Shown here: piece after piece, positions 1-9,010 of the stretch
How positions within the stretch are numbered: the stretch's first letter is position 1
Layout: each line of letters begins with the position of its first letter
Assembly (NCBI GenBank): GCA_965215155.1
Contig: CBDCCY010000002.1
Location: forward strand, 559,698 to 623,697
DNA from: Vicinamibacterales bacterium
Lineage (GTDB): Bacteria; Acidobacteriota; Vicinamibacteria; Vicinamibacterales; UBA8438
Reading direction: 5' to 3'
Length of the DNA: 64,000 nt
Position numbers and translations under genes: made by a program
The notes under the pieces: model-generated
Databases searched by the model: none
The model's input: only the letters and a program-made list of their open reading frames with translations
What the model was told of the DNA's origin: nothing

Positions 1-720
1 TCGATGGGCCTCGCGGCCGAAGCGGTCGTCGAGCGCTACGGCGTCAGCCGCGAGGACCAGGACAGCTTCGCGGCCGGCAGCCACCAGAAGGCGGCCGCGG
101 CCATCGACGCCTGCTGGTTCAAGGACGAGATCCTGCCGGTGGAGATCCCGCAGCGGCGCGGCGATCCGATCCGACTGGAGTACGACGAGGGCGTGCGGCC
201 CGATTGCACCGCCGCGTCGCTCGGGCGGCTGCGGCCGGCGTTCAAGAAGGACGGCGGCACCGTGACGGCCGGAAACGCGCCCGGCGTGAACGACGGCGCG
301 GCGGCGGTCGTGGTCATGGCGGCAGAGAAGGCGGAGGCGCTCGGGGTGGAGCCGCTGGCCCGCATCGTCGGCCAGGCCGTGACCGGCCGGCCGGCCAAGT
401 GGCTGCTGATGACCCCGGTCGAGGCGGTTCGGAAGGTGCTGGCGAAGGTCGGCTGGCGCCTCGACGACGTCGACCTGATCGAGCTCAACGAGGCCTTCTC
501 GGCCCAGGCGGTCGCGGTCATCCGCGAACTCGGCGCGGATCCCGCCCGCGTCAACGTCAACGGCGGCGCGGTCGCCCTCGGCCATCCGATCGGCGCGAGC
601 GGCGCCCGCATCCTGACGACGCTGCTCTACGCGCTCCGGAACCGCGGTCTGAAGCGGGGCATCGCCACGCTCTGCCTGGGCGGCGGGAACGGCGTGGCCC
701 TCGCGGTCGAGCGCGTCTGA
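1..720 (+). CDS. acetyl-CoA C-acetyltransferase (thiolase), 5' end cut by window edge
   Basis: ORF 4..720. C-terminal thiolase signatures [28 protein letters not shown] and CLGGGNGVA. The reading frame is open from base 1. Confidence 0.9.
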   Translation, partial: SMGLAAEAVVERYGVSREDQDSFAAGSHQKAAAAIDACWFKDEILPVEIPQRRGDPIRLEYDEGVRPDCTAASLGRLRPAFKKDGGTVTAGNAPGVNDGAAAVVVMAAEKAEALGVEPLARIVGQAVTGRPAKWLLMTPVEAVRKVLAKVGWRLDDVDLIELNEAFSAQAVAVIRELGADPARVNVNGGAVALGHPIGASGARILTTLLYALRNRGLKRGIATLCLGGGNGVALAVERV

Positions 721-743
721 CCTCGGTCACGCATCGTCCGGCG

Positions 744-1817
744 TCAGTCACGCATCGTCCAGAAGGCGATGCCCCCGGCCTGCTTGCCGACGTTGGCGGT
801 GCCGACGCGCTCGCCCGTCGGCACGTGGTAGACCTCGACCGTGCCCGGCTCGCTGCCGACGCCTTCCAGCGTGACGAAGGCGTACCGGCCGTCCGGCGTG
901 ATGACGACCCCGTGCGGAATGGTGCGCGTGGTCGCGACGCGCGCGCGTTCCTCGCCGGTCGCGAGATCCCAGAAGCCGACGGCGGCTCCCCCCTTGTAGG
1001 TGGCCACCAGCGTCGACCCGTCGGGAGTCACGTCGAGGTTGTACGGCCCCGCCCCGGTCTCGAACGTCCGGTCCACCGTCCACGTCGCGAGGTCGACTTC
1101 GAAGATGCGCGCCACGTTGTTCCCGGTGACGTAGACCTTGCCGCCCGCCGTCGGGGCGGTCACCCAGGTCGGCTGCACGCCGGCGCCGAGCGGGAGGCGG
1201 CGGCGCACCGCGAACGCGAGCGCGTCGACCTCGACCAGTTCGGAGTCCATCATGTTGACGGAGTAGTGGCGCGTCCCGTTACGGTCGAAGCGCGACCCGT
1301 GCGGCATGACGCCGGTCGGGATGCGGGCGACCTCGATCATCGTCTCCGCTTCCACGGCGGAGATCGTGCTCGGCTCCATCGCCCCGTGCAGGTTGAAGTT
1401 GACGACGTACAGCAGGCCGGTTGCCGGCGAGACCGCGAGCGTGGCCGGGAACAGGCCGAGGGTGACGTCGCCGGCCCACAGGTCGGTACCCGTCTCGTAC
1501 TTGTGCACGGAACCGAACGGGAAACCGTGCGCGATGGCGACGTACCAATGGCGGCCGTCGGGGCTCACGGTGATCCCGTGCGGCCCCTCGGTCTCGGTCG
1601 GATAGCTGCCCACCGTCACCGTCTTCACGACCTCCACGCCGCCCGGGCCGTAGCGGACGACGGAGACCTCGTCGTCCGACTCGGCGCAGACGTACACGTA
1701 GTAGCTGTGCGGCGGCGTCCCGGGCGTGGCCCCGGCGCTCTCCGGAGCGGCGGCGGCACCCGTGAGGACGGCCGCGAGCAGGGTCGCCGCCCGACGGCCG
1801 GCGCGCGGAGTCGTCAT
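744..1817 (-). CDS. exported YVTN-type beta-propeller repeat protein
   Basis: Frame of ORF 744..2417, with the start moved to ATG 1817, which gives the signal-like MTTPRAGRRAATLLAAVLTGAAAA. Recurrent PHG..SPDG and TPDG motifs. The longer ORF head is Arg/Ser-rich junk. Confidence 0.7.
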   Translation of the reverse strand: MTTPRAGRRAATLLAAVLTGAAAAPESAGATPGTPPHSYYVYVCAESDDEVSVVRYGPGGVEVVKTVTVGSYPTETEGPHGITVSPDGRHWYVAIAHGFPFGSVHKYETGTDLWAGDVTLGLFPATLAVSPATGLLYVVNFNLHGAMEPSTISAVEAETMIEVARIPTGVMPHGSRFDRNGTRHYSVNMMDSELVEVDALAFAVRRRLPLGAGVQPTWVTAPTAGGKVYVTGNNVARIFEVDLATWTVDRTFETGAGPYNLDVTPDGSTLVATYKGGAAVGFWDLATGEERARVATTRTIPHGVVITPDGRYAFVTLEGVGSEPGTVEVYHVPTGERVGTANVGKQAGGIAFWTMRD

Positions 1818-1827
1818 CGCTGCACCC

Positions 1828-3900
1828 CTACTGCGGCTCGCCGATGATGCGCGCAGGCCCGCTGCGCTCCACGAGCCGCACGGCCCACAAGCCGCTGTTG
1901 TAGTCCGTGAAGAAGATGTGGCCCTTGTACGGCTGCGGTCCCCAGACGAACGGGGCGTTGGCGACGAAGCCATCCGGATCGAAGGGCACGAACATCGCGA
2001 TCTCGCGGCCCTGCCGGTACAGGTCGCCGAGGAGCTCGCCGGAGACGTCGACGACGCGGAGGCCGCCCGGATAGTAGTAGCCCACGTAGAGGACGTCGTC
2101 CTCCACCCAGAGGTTGTGCGACCCGGCCTCCGGAACCTGATAGCGCGCCACCTCGCGCGGGTCGTCCCAGTCGCTCCAGTCGATGACATGGATCCAGCCG
2201 GCGGTTCGCATCGGCGTACCGCCGCCCTCGTCCCGCTCGACGCCCGAGGCGCCGTAGGGGTACGCCTCGTCGCCCGCGAAGAGGTAGAACGTACCGGTGG
2301 AGCGGCTCTTGTAGGGAAACGCGGCATGGTTCCAGCCGCTCGGATAGGCGTAGCGCCCGAGCTCGACCGGCCTCTGCGGCGTTCCGCCCCGGCCGCCGCC
2401 GCCGACGTCGAACGCAACGACCCCGTCGGTCCAGTTGGAGGAGAAGGCCACGCCGTCGGTCACCCAGACGTCGTGGACGGCATGACCGGGCGTGTCGAGC
2501 TCGACGCGCCCCACGCGCTCCGGGTTCCGGGGATCCTCGATGCTGACGATGTCGTAGCGGCGCCCGGCGCTCAGGGCATAGACGTGGTCCTCGTCGATGA
2601 AGACGTTGTGGACGCCCCCCGTCAACTGATCGGTGAACTCCGACAGCACCGGCACGCCCTCCCGCGGGTTGCCGACGCCGAGGACGACGAAGCCGTTGCG
2701 CCGATTGGATGCACCCTCGCGGCTGATGACCGCGATGTCCCCCGCCGCCGACACCTTCACGTCGTTCACCGAGCGCGCGTCGACCTGCGGTGCATGGAGC
2801 CTCTCGATCCGCGACGGATCGGTGACGTCCCAGACGTAGGCGTGGCCGTCGGCGCCCCACGTGCCGGTGATCGCGTAGTCGCGGCCGTCCGTCCCTTCCC
2901 AGACCCACAGATCCGACGAACGGCGATCGAGCACCCGGCCGCGGCCGACCACCTCGATGCCCCGGCGGACGTCCCGCGGCGTAATCGCTACCGTCTTCGT
3001 CGCCGAATGGGCTCCCGTGGTTGCCACTACCGTGTACGTGCCGGACCTCTCCGCCACGAACCGTCCGTCCTCGCTGATGTGGGCCGGCGAGCCGGCCGCG
3101 ATGATCCCGGGCGCGGTCTCGCCGCCGACCGCGAACTGGACCGGCATTCCCCGGACGGCCAGCCCGCGCGCGTCGCGGGCGGAAGCCGTGAAGCGGATCA
3201 CGTCCCCCGTCCGACCGCCCTCCGCGCTGGCGTCGAGATCGAGAGCGGTCGTGGGGTTGTCCTCGACCTCGATCGACAGGGTATCGAGCACGTCCCCGGC
3301 CCGGGCGGTGATGTCGACGGCTCCGGGGCGGCCGAGCGTCAGGAAGCCGAACCCGTCGATCGCGGCCGTTCGAGAATCGCTGCTGCCGAAAACGACCGGG
3401 ACATCGTCGCGCGTCGTGCCGGTCGCGTCGACGACCGTCGCCCGCACGCGGGGTCGGGTGCCGACGTAGAACCTCGGGGGAACGTCGTGGAACGACACGC
3501 GCTCCACCGGCGGCAGCGGCACCGTGACGGCAATCTCGGCTCGGGCCCGCATCTCCCCCCGCGGGCTCCGGTCCGTCGGATCGGCCGGCACGAGCGCGAC
3601 GAGCGTGAACTCGCCGGGGCGGTAGGCCTCCACCTCACCGGCCTGCGTGACCCCTACACTGGCGCGCGCACGGGAGTAGAAGACGACCGTTGCGTCGTCG
3701 ACGACGTCGCCGTCGGCATCGCGGACCGTCGCGGCCAGCGTCTGCTTCCCCCCGACCTCCAGCGTCACGGACTCCGGCTCGACGGTCACCGTCCAGGCCC
3801 GTTCCTCGCCCTCCTGCTGTCCCGTCGCCGCACCTGCCGGAAGCGGAGCCGAGAGAAAGGCCGCGGCGGCCAGCAACGCGGCGCAGCGGGATCCTGTCAC
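1828..3900 (-). CDS. exported protein with N-terminal Ig-like (Big_2-type) repeats and a LVIVD-type propeller
   Basis: Frame of ORF 1828..3972. GTG 3900 is preceded by AGGAGGAG. Signal peptide CAALLAAAAFLSAPLPAGA. Ig-like repeats are followed by motifs such as DIVSIEDPRNP and LRVVDVSGE. Confidence 0.65.
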   Translation of the reverse strand: MTGSRCAALLAAAAFLSAPLPAGAATGQQEGEERAWTVTVEPESVTLEVGGKQTLAATVRDADGDVVDDATVVFYSRARASVGVTQAGEVEAYRPGEFTLVALVPADPTDRSPRGEMRARAEIAVTVPLPPVERVSFHDVPPRFYVGTRPRVRATVVDATGTTRDDVPVVFGSSDSRTAAIDGFGFLTLGRPGAVDITARAGDVLDTLSIEVEDNPTTALDLDASAEGGRTGDVIRFTASARDARGLAVRGMPVQFAVGGETAPGIIAAGSPAHISEDGRFVAERSGTYTVVATTGAHSATKTVAITPRDVRRGIEVVGRGRVLDRRSSDLWVWEGTDGRDYAITGTWGADGHAYVWDVTDPSRIERLHAPQVDARSVNDVKVSAAGDIAVISREGASNRRNGFVVLGVGNPREGVPVLSEFTDQLTGGVHNVFIDEDHVYALSAGRRYDIVSIEDPRNPERVGRVELDTPGHAVHDVWVTDGVAFSSNWTDGVVAFDVGGGGRGGTPQRPVELGRYAYPSGWNHAAFPYKSRSTGTFYLFAGDEAYPYGASGVERDEGGGTPMRTAGWIHVIDWSDWDDPREVARYQVPEAGSHNLWVEDDVLYVGYYYPGGLRVVDVSGELLGDLYRQGREIAMFVPFDPDGFVANAPFVWGPQPYKGHIFFTDYNSGLWAVRLVERSGPARIIGEPQ

Positions 3901-4132
3901 GTCGCCCTCCTCCTGATCGTGTCCGCGCACGGAACGCGGGCCACGCGCGCCGCCTCGGCGCCCGGGCCTCACGCAGGATCAGCGTAACATCCCTTGAGGA
4001 TTTCCGCCGGCTGCAGTTCCTGCCCGGCGGGGCGGCGACGGAGCATGCGAGAATTGCATCGCGGAGCCCATGGGGCGAAAGTCCGCCTCTCGGGTAAGGC
4101 ATTTGTAATCACTCATATAGGGTTTCCTGACG

Positions 4133-4161
4133 TAGACGTTTTCGCTTCTCCGTGGTATGGT
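4133..4161 (+). promoter_or_regulatory. candidate sigma70-type promoter upstream of recA (TAGACG-N17-TGgTATGGT)
   Basis: Lies in a local low-GC patch 4100-4165. A -35-like TAGACG, a 17-nt spacer and an extended -10 TGGTATGGT sit about 60 nt before the recA ATG. Pattern match only. Confidence 0.3.
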
Positions 4162-4220
4162 ACGGCTCTCGCATCAGTCGTGGCGAGTCGCCGCGACCCG
4201 CGGCGCGAACGGGAGCCAGC

Positions 4221-5288
4221 ATGCCGACACCGACCGACCGTCTCGAACGGGAGCGAACCAAGGCCATCGACATCGCCGTCGGCCAGATCGAAAAGCAGTT
4301 CGGCAAGGGCTCGATCATGCGGTTGGGCCAGGACGGCGCCCTGACGGGCGTCACCAGCATCTCGACCGGGGCGATAAGCATCGATTACGCGCTCGGCGTC
4401 GGCGGTGTGCCCCGTGGCCGCGTGGTCGAGATCTACGGTCCGGAGGCATCCGGCAAGACGACGCTCGCCCTCCAGGTGATCGCCCACGCGCAGAAGCGCG
4501 GCGGCAACGCGGCGTTCGTCGACGCCGAGCACGCGCTCGACCCGACCTACGCGACCCGCCTCGGGGTCGACCTCGACAACCTGCTCGTCTCGCAGCCGGA
4601 CCACGGCGAGCAGGCCCTGGAGATCGTCGAGGTCCTCGTCCGCTCCGGAGGCGTCGACGTAGTGGTCGTCGACTCGGTTGCCGCGCTCGTGCCCCGCGCC
4701 GAGATCGAGGGCGAGATGGGCGAGGCCCAGGTCGGCCTCCAGGCGCGCCTGATGTCCCAGGCCCTGCGCAAGCTGACCGGCGTCGTCGCGAAATCGAAGA
4801 CGTGCCTCATCTTCATCAACCAGCTTCGCGAAAAGATCGGCGTCATGTTCGGCAACCCCGAGACCACGACCGGGGGACGCGCCCTGAAGTTCTACTCGTC
4901 CGTCCGGATCGACATCCGCCGGATCGGCGCCATCAAGGACGGGGAGCGCGTGGTCGGGGGCCGCACGCGCGTCAAGGTGGTCAAGAACAAGGTGGCTCCG
5001 CCGTTCCGGGTGGCCGAATTCGATGTCGTGTACGGGGAAGGGATTTCCCGCGAAGGCGACCTCCTCGACCTTGCCGTCGACCGGCGGATCGTCGAGAAGA
5101 GCGGCGCCTGGTTCTCGTACGACGGCGAGCGGCTCGGCCAGGGACGCGAGAACGTGAAGGGACTGCTCCGCCAAAAGCCGGAACTCTTCCAGGTGATCGA
5201 GCAACGCGTCCGGGCGGATCTGGGCCTCCAGGGCGAGGCCCCGGCGGCGCAGCCGGCCGCGGCACCCGCCCTGGAGTCTGCGCGGTAG
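4221..5288 (+). CDS. recA: recombinase RecA
   Basis: Frame of ORF 4152..5288. Start at ATG 4221 ([36 protein letters not shown]). Walker [10 protein letters not shown]. Conserved [22 protein letters not shown]. Confidence 0.97.
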   Translation: MPTPTDRLERERTKAIDIAVGQIEKQFGKGSIMRLGQDGALTGVTSISTGAISIDYALGVGGVPRGRVVEIYGPEASGKTTLALQVIAHAQKRGGNAAFVDAEHALDPTYATRLGVDLDNLLVSQPDHGEQALEIVEVLVRSGGVDVVVVDSVAALVPRAEIEGEMGEAQVGLQARLMSQALRKLTGVVAKSKTCLIFINQLREKIGVMFGNPETTTGGRALKFYSSVRIDIRRIGAIKDGERVVGGRTRVKVVKNKVAPPFRVAEFDVVYGEGISREGDLLDLAVDRRIVEKSGAWFSYDGERLGQGRENVKGLLRQKPELFQVIEQRVRADLGLQGEAPAAQPAAAPALESAR

Positions 5289-5328
5289 AAGGGCGCGGCC
5301 GCCCGCCGCCGAAGGGCGCGCGGTCGAG

Positions 5329-5745
5329 CTACGGCGGAGACCCGGGGGGTTGCGGCGTCCGCTTCACTACGAACACCAGTTCGCCGGGCCGCATCAGGCC
5401 CAGTTCCTCACGCGCGACCGCCTCGATCGCGCGCGGGTCCTCGCGCAGCCGGCGGACCTGTTCGCGCAGCGCCGCGTTTTCCCGCCGGATGTCCGCAATG
5501 CTTGCGGTCAAGGCGCCATGCGCCCGACCCGCCGTCAGTCTGGCAAACAGGCCGCTCTCTCCGGCCAACGCGTTCGCGACGAGCATGCTGGCTACGAAGA
5601 TGAGCAGCCAGCGCGTCCTCCGGCGCTTCAGGTTGCGTCGAGCGACGCCGACGAGGGGGGCGGCCGGGTCGGGCGGCTCGTCGACCGATTCGGGCTGGCC
5701 CACCGGGGCGAGCCCCGACAGGCCCAGAGTGCTCAGCTTACTCAC
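5329..5745 (-). CDS. septum formation initiator (FtsB/DivIC-like) protein
   Basis: Tail of ORF 5329..7260. GTG 5745 overlaps the upstream stop as GTGA. One TM segment (WLLIFVASMLVANALA) followed by the coiled coil IADIRRENAALREQVRRLREDPRAIEAVAREELGL. Confidence 0.65.
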   Translation of the reverse strand: MSKLSTLGLSGLAPVGQPESVDEPPDPAAPLVGVARRNLKRRRTRWLLIFVASMLVANALAGESGLFARLTAGRAHGALTASIADIRRENAALREQVRRLREDPRAIEAVAREELGLMRPGELVFVVKRTPQPPGSPP

Positions 5746-7253
5746 GGCGAAGAAGGGTACTCCATCGTGAACGGGTCCGGCAGCGGGATTCGGGTCGGCG
5801 CGCCGTCGGCCAATCGGTCGAGCGTGTAGTCCGGGTTGTCCGGGTCGCCCTCCGCAATCGTCGCCAGGTCGCCGACGACGAGAAGGACGAGCTGGTCGGG
5901 GTGCAGGTACTCGCGCGCCACACGGAGGACGTCGTCGGCCGTCACGGCGGCGATCCGCTCGCGGTAGGTCGCGATGTACGACGGATCGCGCCCGGTGTAC
6001 TCGTCGTTGGCGAAGAGGCCGGCCGTGGACGCGGCGCTCGAGAAGTTGCGGCTGAACGTCTCGACGAACGAGGCAATCGAGGTGTTGAGCTCCGCCTCCG
6101 AGACCGGTTCGGACCGGATGCGCTCGATCTCCTCCAGCACGATGGCTGCGGCGCGCGCGACGGTCTCGCTCCGCGACTGGAAGCTGGCGCGGAACGTCCC
6201 CTCGTAGTACGTGCCGAGCGCGAAGGACGAGTAGGCCCCGTAGGCCAGTCCCTCGTCGGACCGAATCCGGGTCAGCAGGCGGGCGCTGAAGCCGCCGCCG
6301 CCCAGGATGTCGTTCATCACGATCAAGGCGTAGCGGTCGGGGTTGTCGCGCGTCGTGCCGAGGTGCCCGATCGATACGCGCCCCTGGTTGACGTCGTCCT
6401 TGTCGACGACGTACAGGCCGCTCTGCGGCTGGTGGTTCGGCAACGGTACGGCGGCGACGGCCGCGGCGGTCGCGGGCCAACCGTCGAGGCGGGCCTCGAT
6501 CCTCGGCAGGATCTCCTCCGGCTCGACGTCGCCGGAGATCGCGAAGACGAAGCGGCCCGGGTGGTAGTGCTCGCGGTGGAACGCGACCAGGTCGTCGCGC
6601 GTGATGCCGTCCACGTCCGCCTGCGTGACCGGCCGCGTCGTGAAGTGTCCGTCCCCGCGCAACAACCGGCGCCACTCCCGCTGCTCGATGCCCTGCGTGC
6701 TGTCGTTCCGCCGTTCCATCTGCTGCAGGAGCTGGCTCTTCGCCAGGTCGAGCCGATCCGGGTCGAACCGCGGCGAGCGCAGCATCTCGAAGAAGAGATC
6801 GAGCGTCTGGTCGAGGTCCTTCGTGAGGCAGTTCATGCTGGCGCGCCCGACGGTGTCGTCGATGCCGGAGCGCAGGTTCGCAGCCAGGAACGCCACCTCC
6901 TCGTCGAAATCCCCGGGTGCGAGGCCGGCCGTGCCGCCGGCGCGCATCTGGCCGCCGACGAGCGACGCCAGCCCGGCCTTGCCGGGCGGCTCCAGGTAGG
7001 AGCCGGTGCGCACGAGCACGCTGACGGTGACCAGCGGCAGCGTGTGGTCCGGAACGACGAACGCAACGACACCGTTCGACAGGACGTGCCGGTGGCTCGC
7101 CGCGTCGGGCGGGTCGAACTCCAGCGGCTCGAAGTGGAGGTCGCTGGGATGGGCCGGAATCGGTTGGGCGCCGGCAGGCGCCGGCGGCCACACGGCAAGC
7201 GCGAGCAGGCAAGCGGCCGCAAGCGCGCCGCGGAACGGACGCGCGCCCGTCAT
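5742..7253 (-). CDS. M16-family peptidase, non-catalytic type (no HxxEH)
   Basis: ORF 5742..7253. Signal peptide. M16 fold motifs are present but the zinc motif is absent. The start overlaps the upstream gene stop (ATGA at 7250-7253). Confidence 0.8.
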   Translation of the reverse strand: MTGARPFRGALAAACLLALAVWPPAPAGAQPIPAHPSDLHFEPLEFDPPDAASHRHVLSNGVVAFVVPDHTLPLVTVSVLVRTGSYLEPPGKAGLASLVGGQMRAGGTAGLAPGDFDEEVAFLAANLRSGIDDTVGRASMNCLTKDLDQTLDLFFEMLRSPRFDPDRLDLAKSQLLQQMERRNDSTQGIEQREWRRLLRGDGHFTTRPVTQADVDGITRDDLVAFHREHYHPGRFVFAISGDVEPEEILPRIEARLDGWPATAAAVAAVPLPNHQPQSGLYVVDKDDVNQGRVSIGHLGTTRDNPDRYALIVMNDILGGGGFSARLLTRIRSDEGLAYGAYSSFALGTYYEGTFRASFQSRSETVARAAAIVLEEIERIRSEPVSEAELNTSIASFVETFSRNFSSAASTAGLFANDEYTGRDPSYIATYRERIAAVTADDVLRVAREYLHPDQLVLLVVGDLATIAEGDPDNPDYTLDRLADGAPTRIPLPDPFTMEYPSSP

Positions 7254-9010
7254 CGTTCACCTCCGAGCTCCGCGAGACGCCGCTCGAGCAACTCCTGCAG
7301 CGCGTCGGCCATGTCCTGGCTCTCCGGCGGCAACTGGGCGCGCATCTGATCCGCCTGCGCGAGGAACTGGCGCAACTGCTCCTCCCCCATCTGCCCCATC
7401 ATGGCCCGCAACTGCTCCACCTGCTGCCGCTCCTCGTCGCTCAGGCCCGCCAGCAGCGGATCCGGCTCGGCGTCGTCGCCGCCTTCCCGGTAGTAGACGG
7501 CGACCGCGCGCGACTCCGGCGTGAAGTACTTCTGCGCGACGCGCATGACGTCGGCCGCGGTGACGGCGTCGTAGAGCGCCGGATCCGAGTTGATGTGTTC
7601 CCAGCCTCGATTGCCCTCCCGTATCAGCAACTGCATCATCAACTGGAAGTTGCCCTGGAGGCCGCGGAAGTTGCCCGCCGCGTTCTGATTCTTGACCTTC
7701 TGGAGCTCCCGGTCCCCGACGGGCTCGGTCTTCAGCCGCTCGAGCTCCGCGTAGATCGCCTGCTCGACCTCTTCGGGCGTCCGCCCCTGCCGCGCCGTGC
7801 CGCGCAGCTCGAACATGCCCTCGAAGCTGAATCCCGCCTGGCCGCCCGACGCCCGGGTGGCGACCTCCTGCTCCTCGACGAGCGCCTTGTAGAGCCGCCC
7901 CGTGCGGCCGTTCAGGAGTTGCCCGAGGACGACCAGGGCCGGCTCGTCGACGTGGCCGTCGCGCACCGAGTGGTAGCGGATCGCCACCTGCAGGTTGGTG
8001 TCGGCATGGGCCACCATGCGCGTCTCGGCGAGCTGCGGCATCTCCCGCGTCCGGGGTTCCTGCGGCGGGCGCGCGCCGCGCTCGAGCCGGCCCAGGTAGC
8101 GCTCGGCGAGCGCGATCGCCTGGTCCGGGTCGAAGTCGCCGACGAGCGCCGCCGCGAGGTTGTTGGGCGCGTAGTAGACGTCGAAGAACGCCAGGGCCTC
8201 GTCGCGCGTGAGGCCTTCGAGGTCGCTCGGCCAGCCGATGACCGGCGTGGCGTAGGGCGAAGACTGCCAGAAGAGCGAGTTGAACTGTTCCTCGAACTTC
8301 CCTATCGGCGTGCTGTCGATCCGCAGCCGCCGCTCCTCGTGCACGACCGACCGCTCGGCGTAGAACTCGCGGAAGACCGGGTTGGCGAGCCGGTCGCTCT
8401 CCATCCAGAACCAGAGCTCGAGCTTGTTGGCCGGGACGTTGACGAAGTAGATCGTGAAGTCGTAGCTGGTCCCGGCGTTCATGCCCGACGCGCCCTGGCC
8501 GGTGTAGATGCGGCTGAAGTCCTCCTTGATCAGCAGATCGCTCTGCCGGGCCAGCAGCTCCTCGAACTCCGCCAGCAGCTCCTGATGCCGCGGCGTGCGC
8601 ACGGCGGGGTCGTCCGCGTCCTCGATCTGCCCCAGCTCGTAGGCCCGCTCCAGCTCCATCTGGGCGCTCTGGATCGCCGCCCGCAACTCGTCGAGGCGGG
8701 CGATGATCTGCAGGTCCTCCTCGATGTTCCGGGTGCCTATCGTCCGCGTCCCCTTGAACATCATGTGCTCGAAGAGGTGCGCCACGCCGGTGATGCCCGG
8801 CCGCTCGTAGACCGATCCGACCTTCGCGATCCAGCCCGCCGCGACGTTGGGGTCGCCGGGGCGCGGCACGAGCAGCAGGGTCAGGCCGTTGTCGAGCGTG
8901 TGCTCGATGACCTGCACGTCCTGCGCCGCGGCCGGGCCGGCGACGAGGACGGCGGCAAGCGTGAGCGCCGAGGGCAGGCGCCGCGACATCCGTGAGATCC
9001 TCTGCGACAT
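7250..9010 (-). CDS. M16-family zinc peptidase (pitrilysin-like), catalytic type
   Basis: Frame of ORF 7250..9061. Start at ATG 9010 (MSQRISRMSRRLPSALTLAAVLVAGPAAAQ). HxxEH zinc motif within GVAHLFEHMMFKG. Confidence 0.85.
   Translation of the reverse strand: MSQRISRMSRRLPSALTLAAVLVAGPAAAQDVQVIEHTLDNGLTLLLVPRPGDPNVAAGWIAKVGSVYERPGITGVAHLFEHMMFKGTRTIGTRNIEEDLQIIARLDELRAAIQSAQMELERAYELGQIEDADDPAVRTPRHQELLAEFEELLARQSDLLIKEDFSRIYTGQGASGMNAGTSYDFTIYFVNVPANKLELWFWMESDRLANPVFREFYAERSVVHEERRLRIDSTPIGKFEEQFNSLFWQSSPYATPVIGWPSDLEGLTRDEALAFFDVYYAPNNLAAALVGDFDPDQAIALAERYLGRLERGARPPQEPRTREMPQLAETRMVAHADTNLQVAIRYHSVRDGHVDEPALVVLGQLLNGRTGRLYKALVEEQEVATRASGGQAGFSFEGMFELRGTARQGRTPEEVEQAIYAELERLKTEPVGDRELQKVKNQNAAGNFRGLQGNFQLMMQLLIREGNRGWEHINSDPALYDAVTAADVMRVAQKYFTPESRAVAVYYREGGDDAEPDPLLAGLSDEERQQVEQLRAMMGQMGEEQLRQFLAQADQMRAQLPPESQDMADALQELLERRLAELGGER

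Noticed and set aside
204-3987. Long plus-strand ORFs (204..1847, 1726..3987) and many similar 100-1000 aa ORFs throughout the track (e.g. 9175..11769, 27402..29744, 44714..47839, 45634..48186)
   Set aside because: They are Arg/Pro/Ala/Gly-rich translations lying antisense or out of frame to ORFs with clear family motifs. These are typical shadow ORFs of about 70% GC DNA.
4081-4220. SOS/LexA operator upstream of recA
   Set aside because: No convincing direct-repeat GTTC-N7-GTTC or CTGT-N8-ACAG type palindrome by eye. Only a promoter-like pattern is reported.
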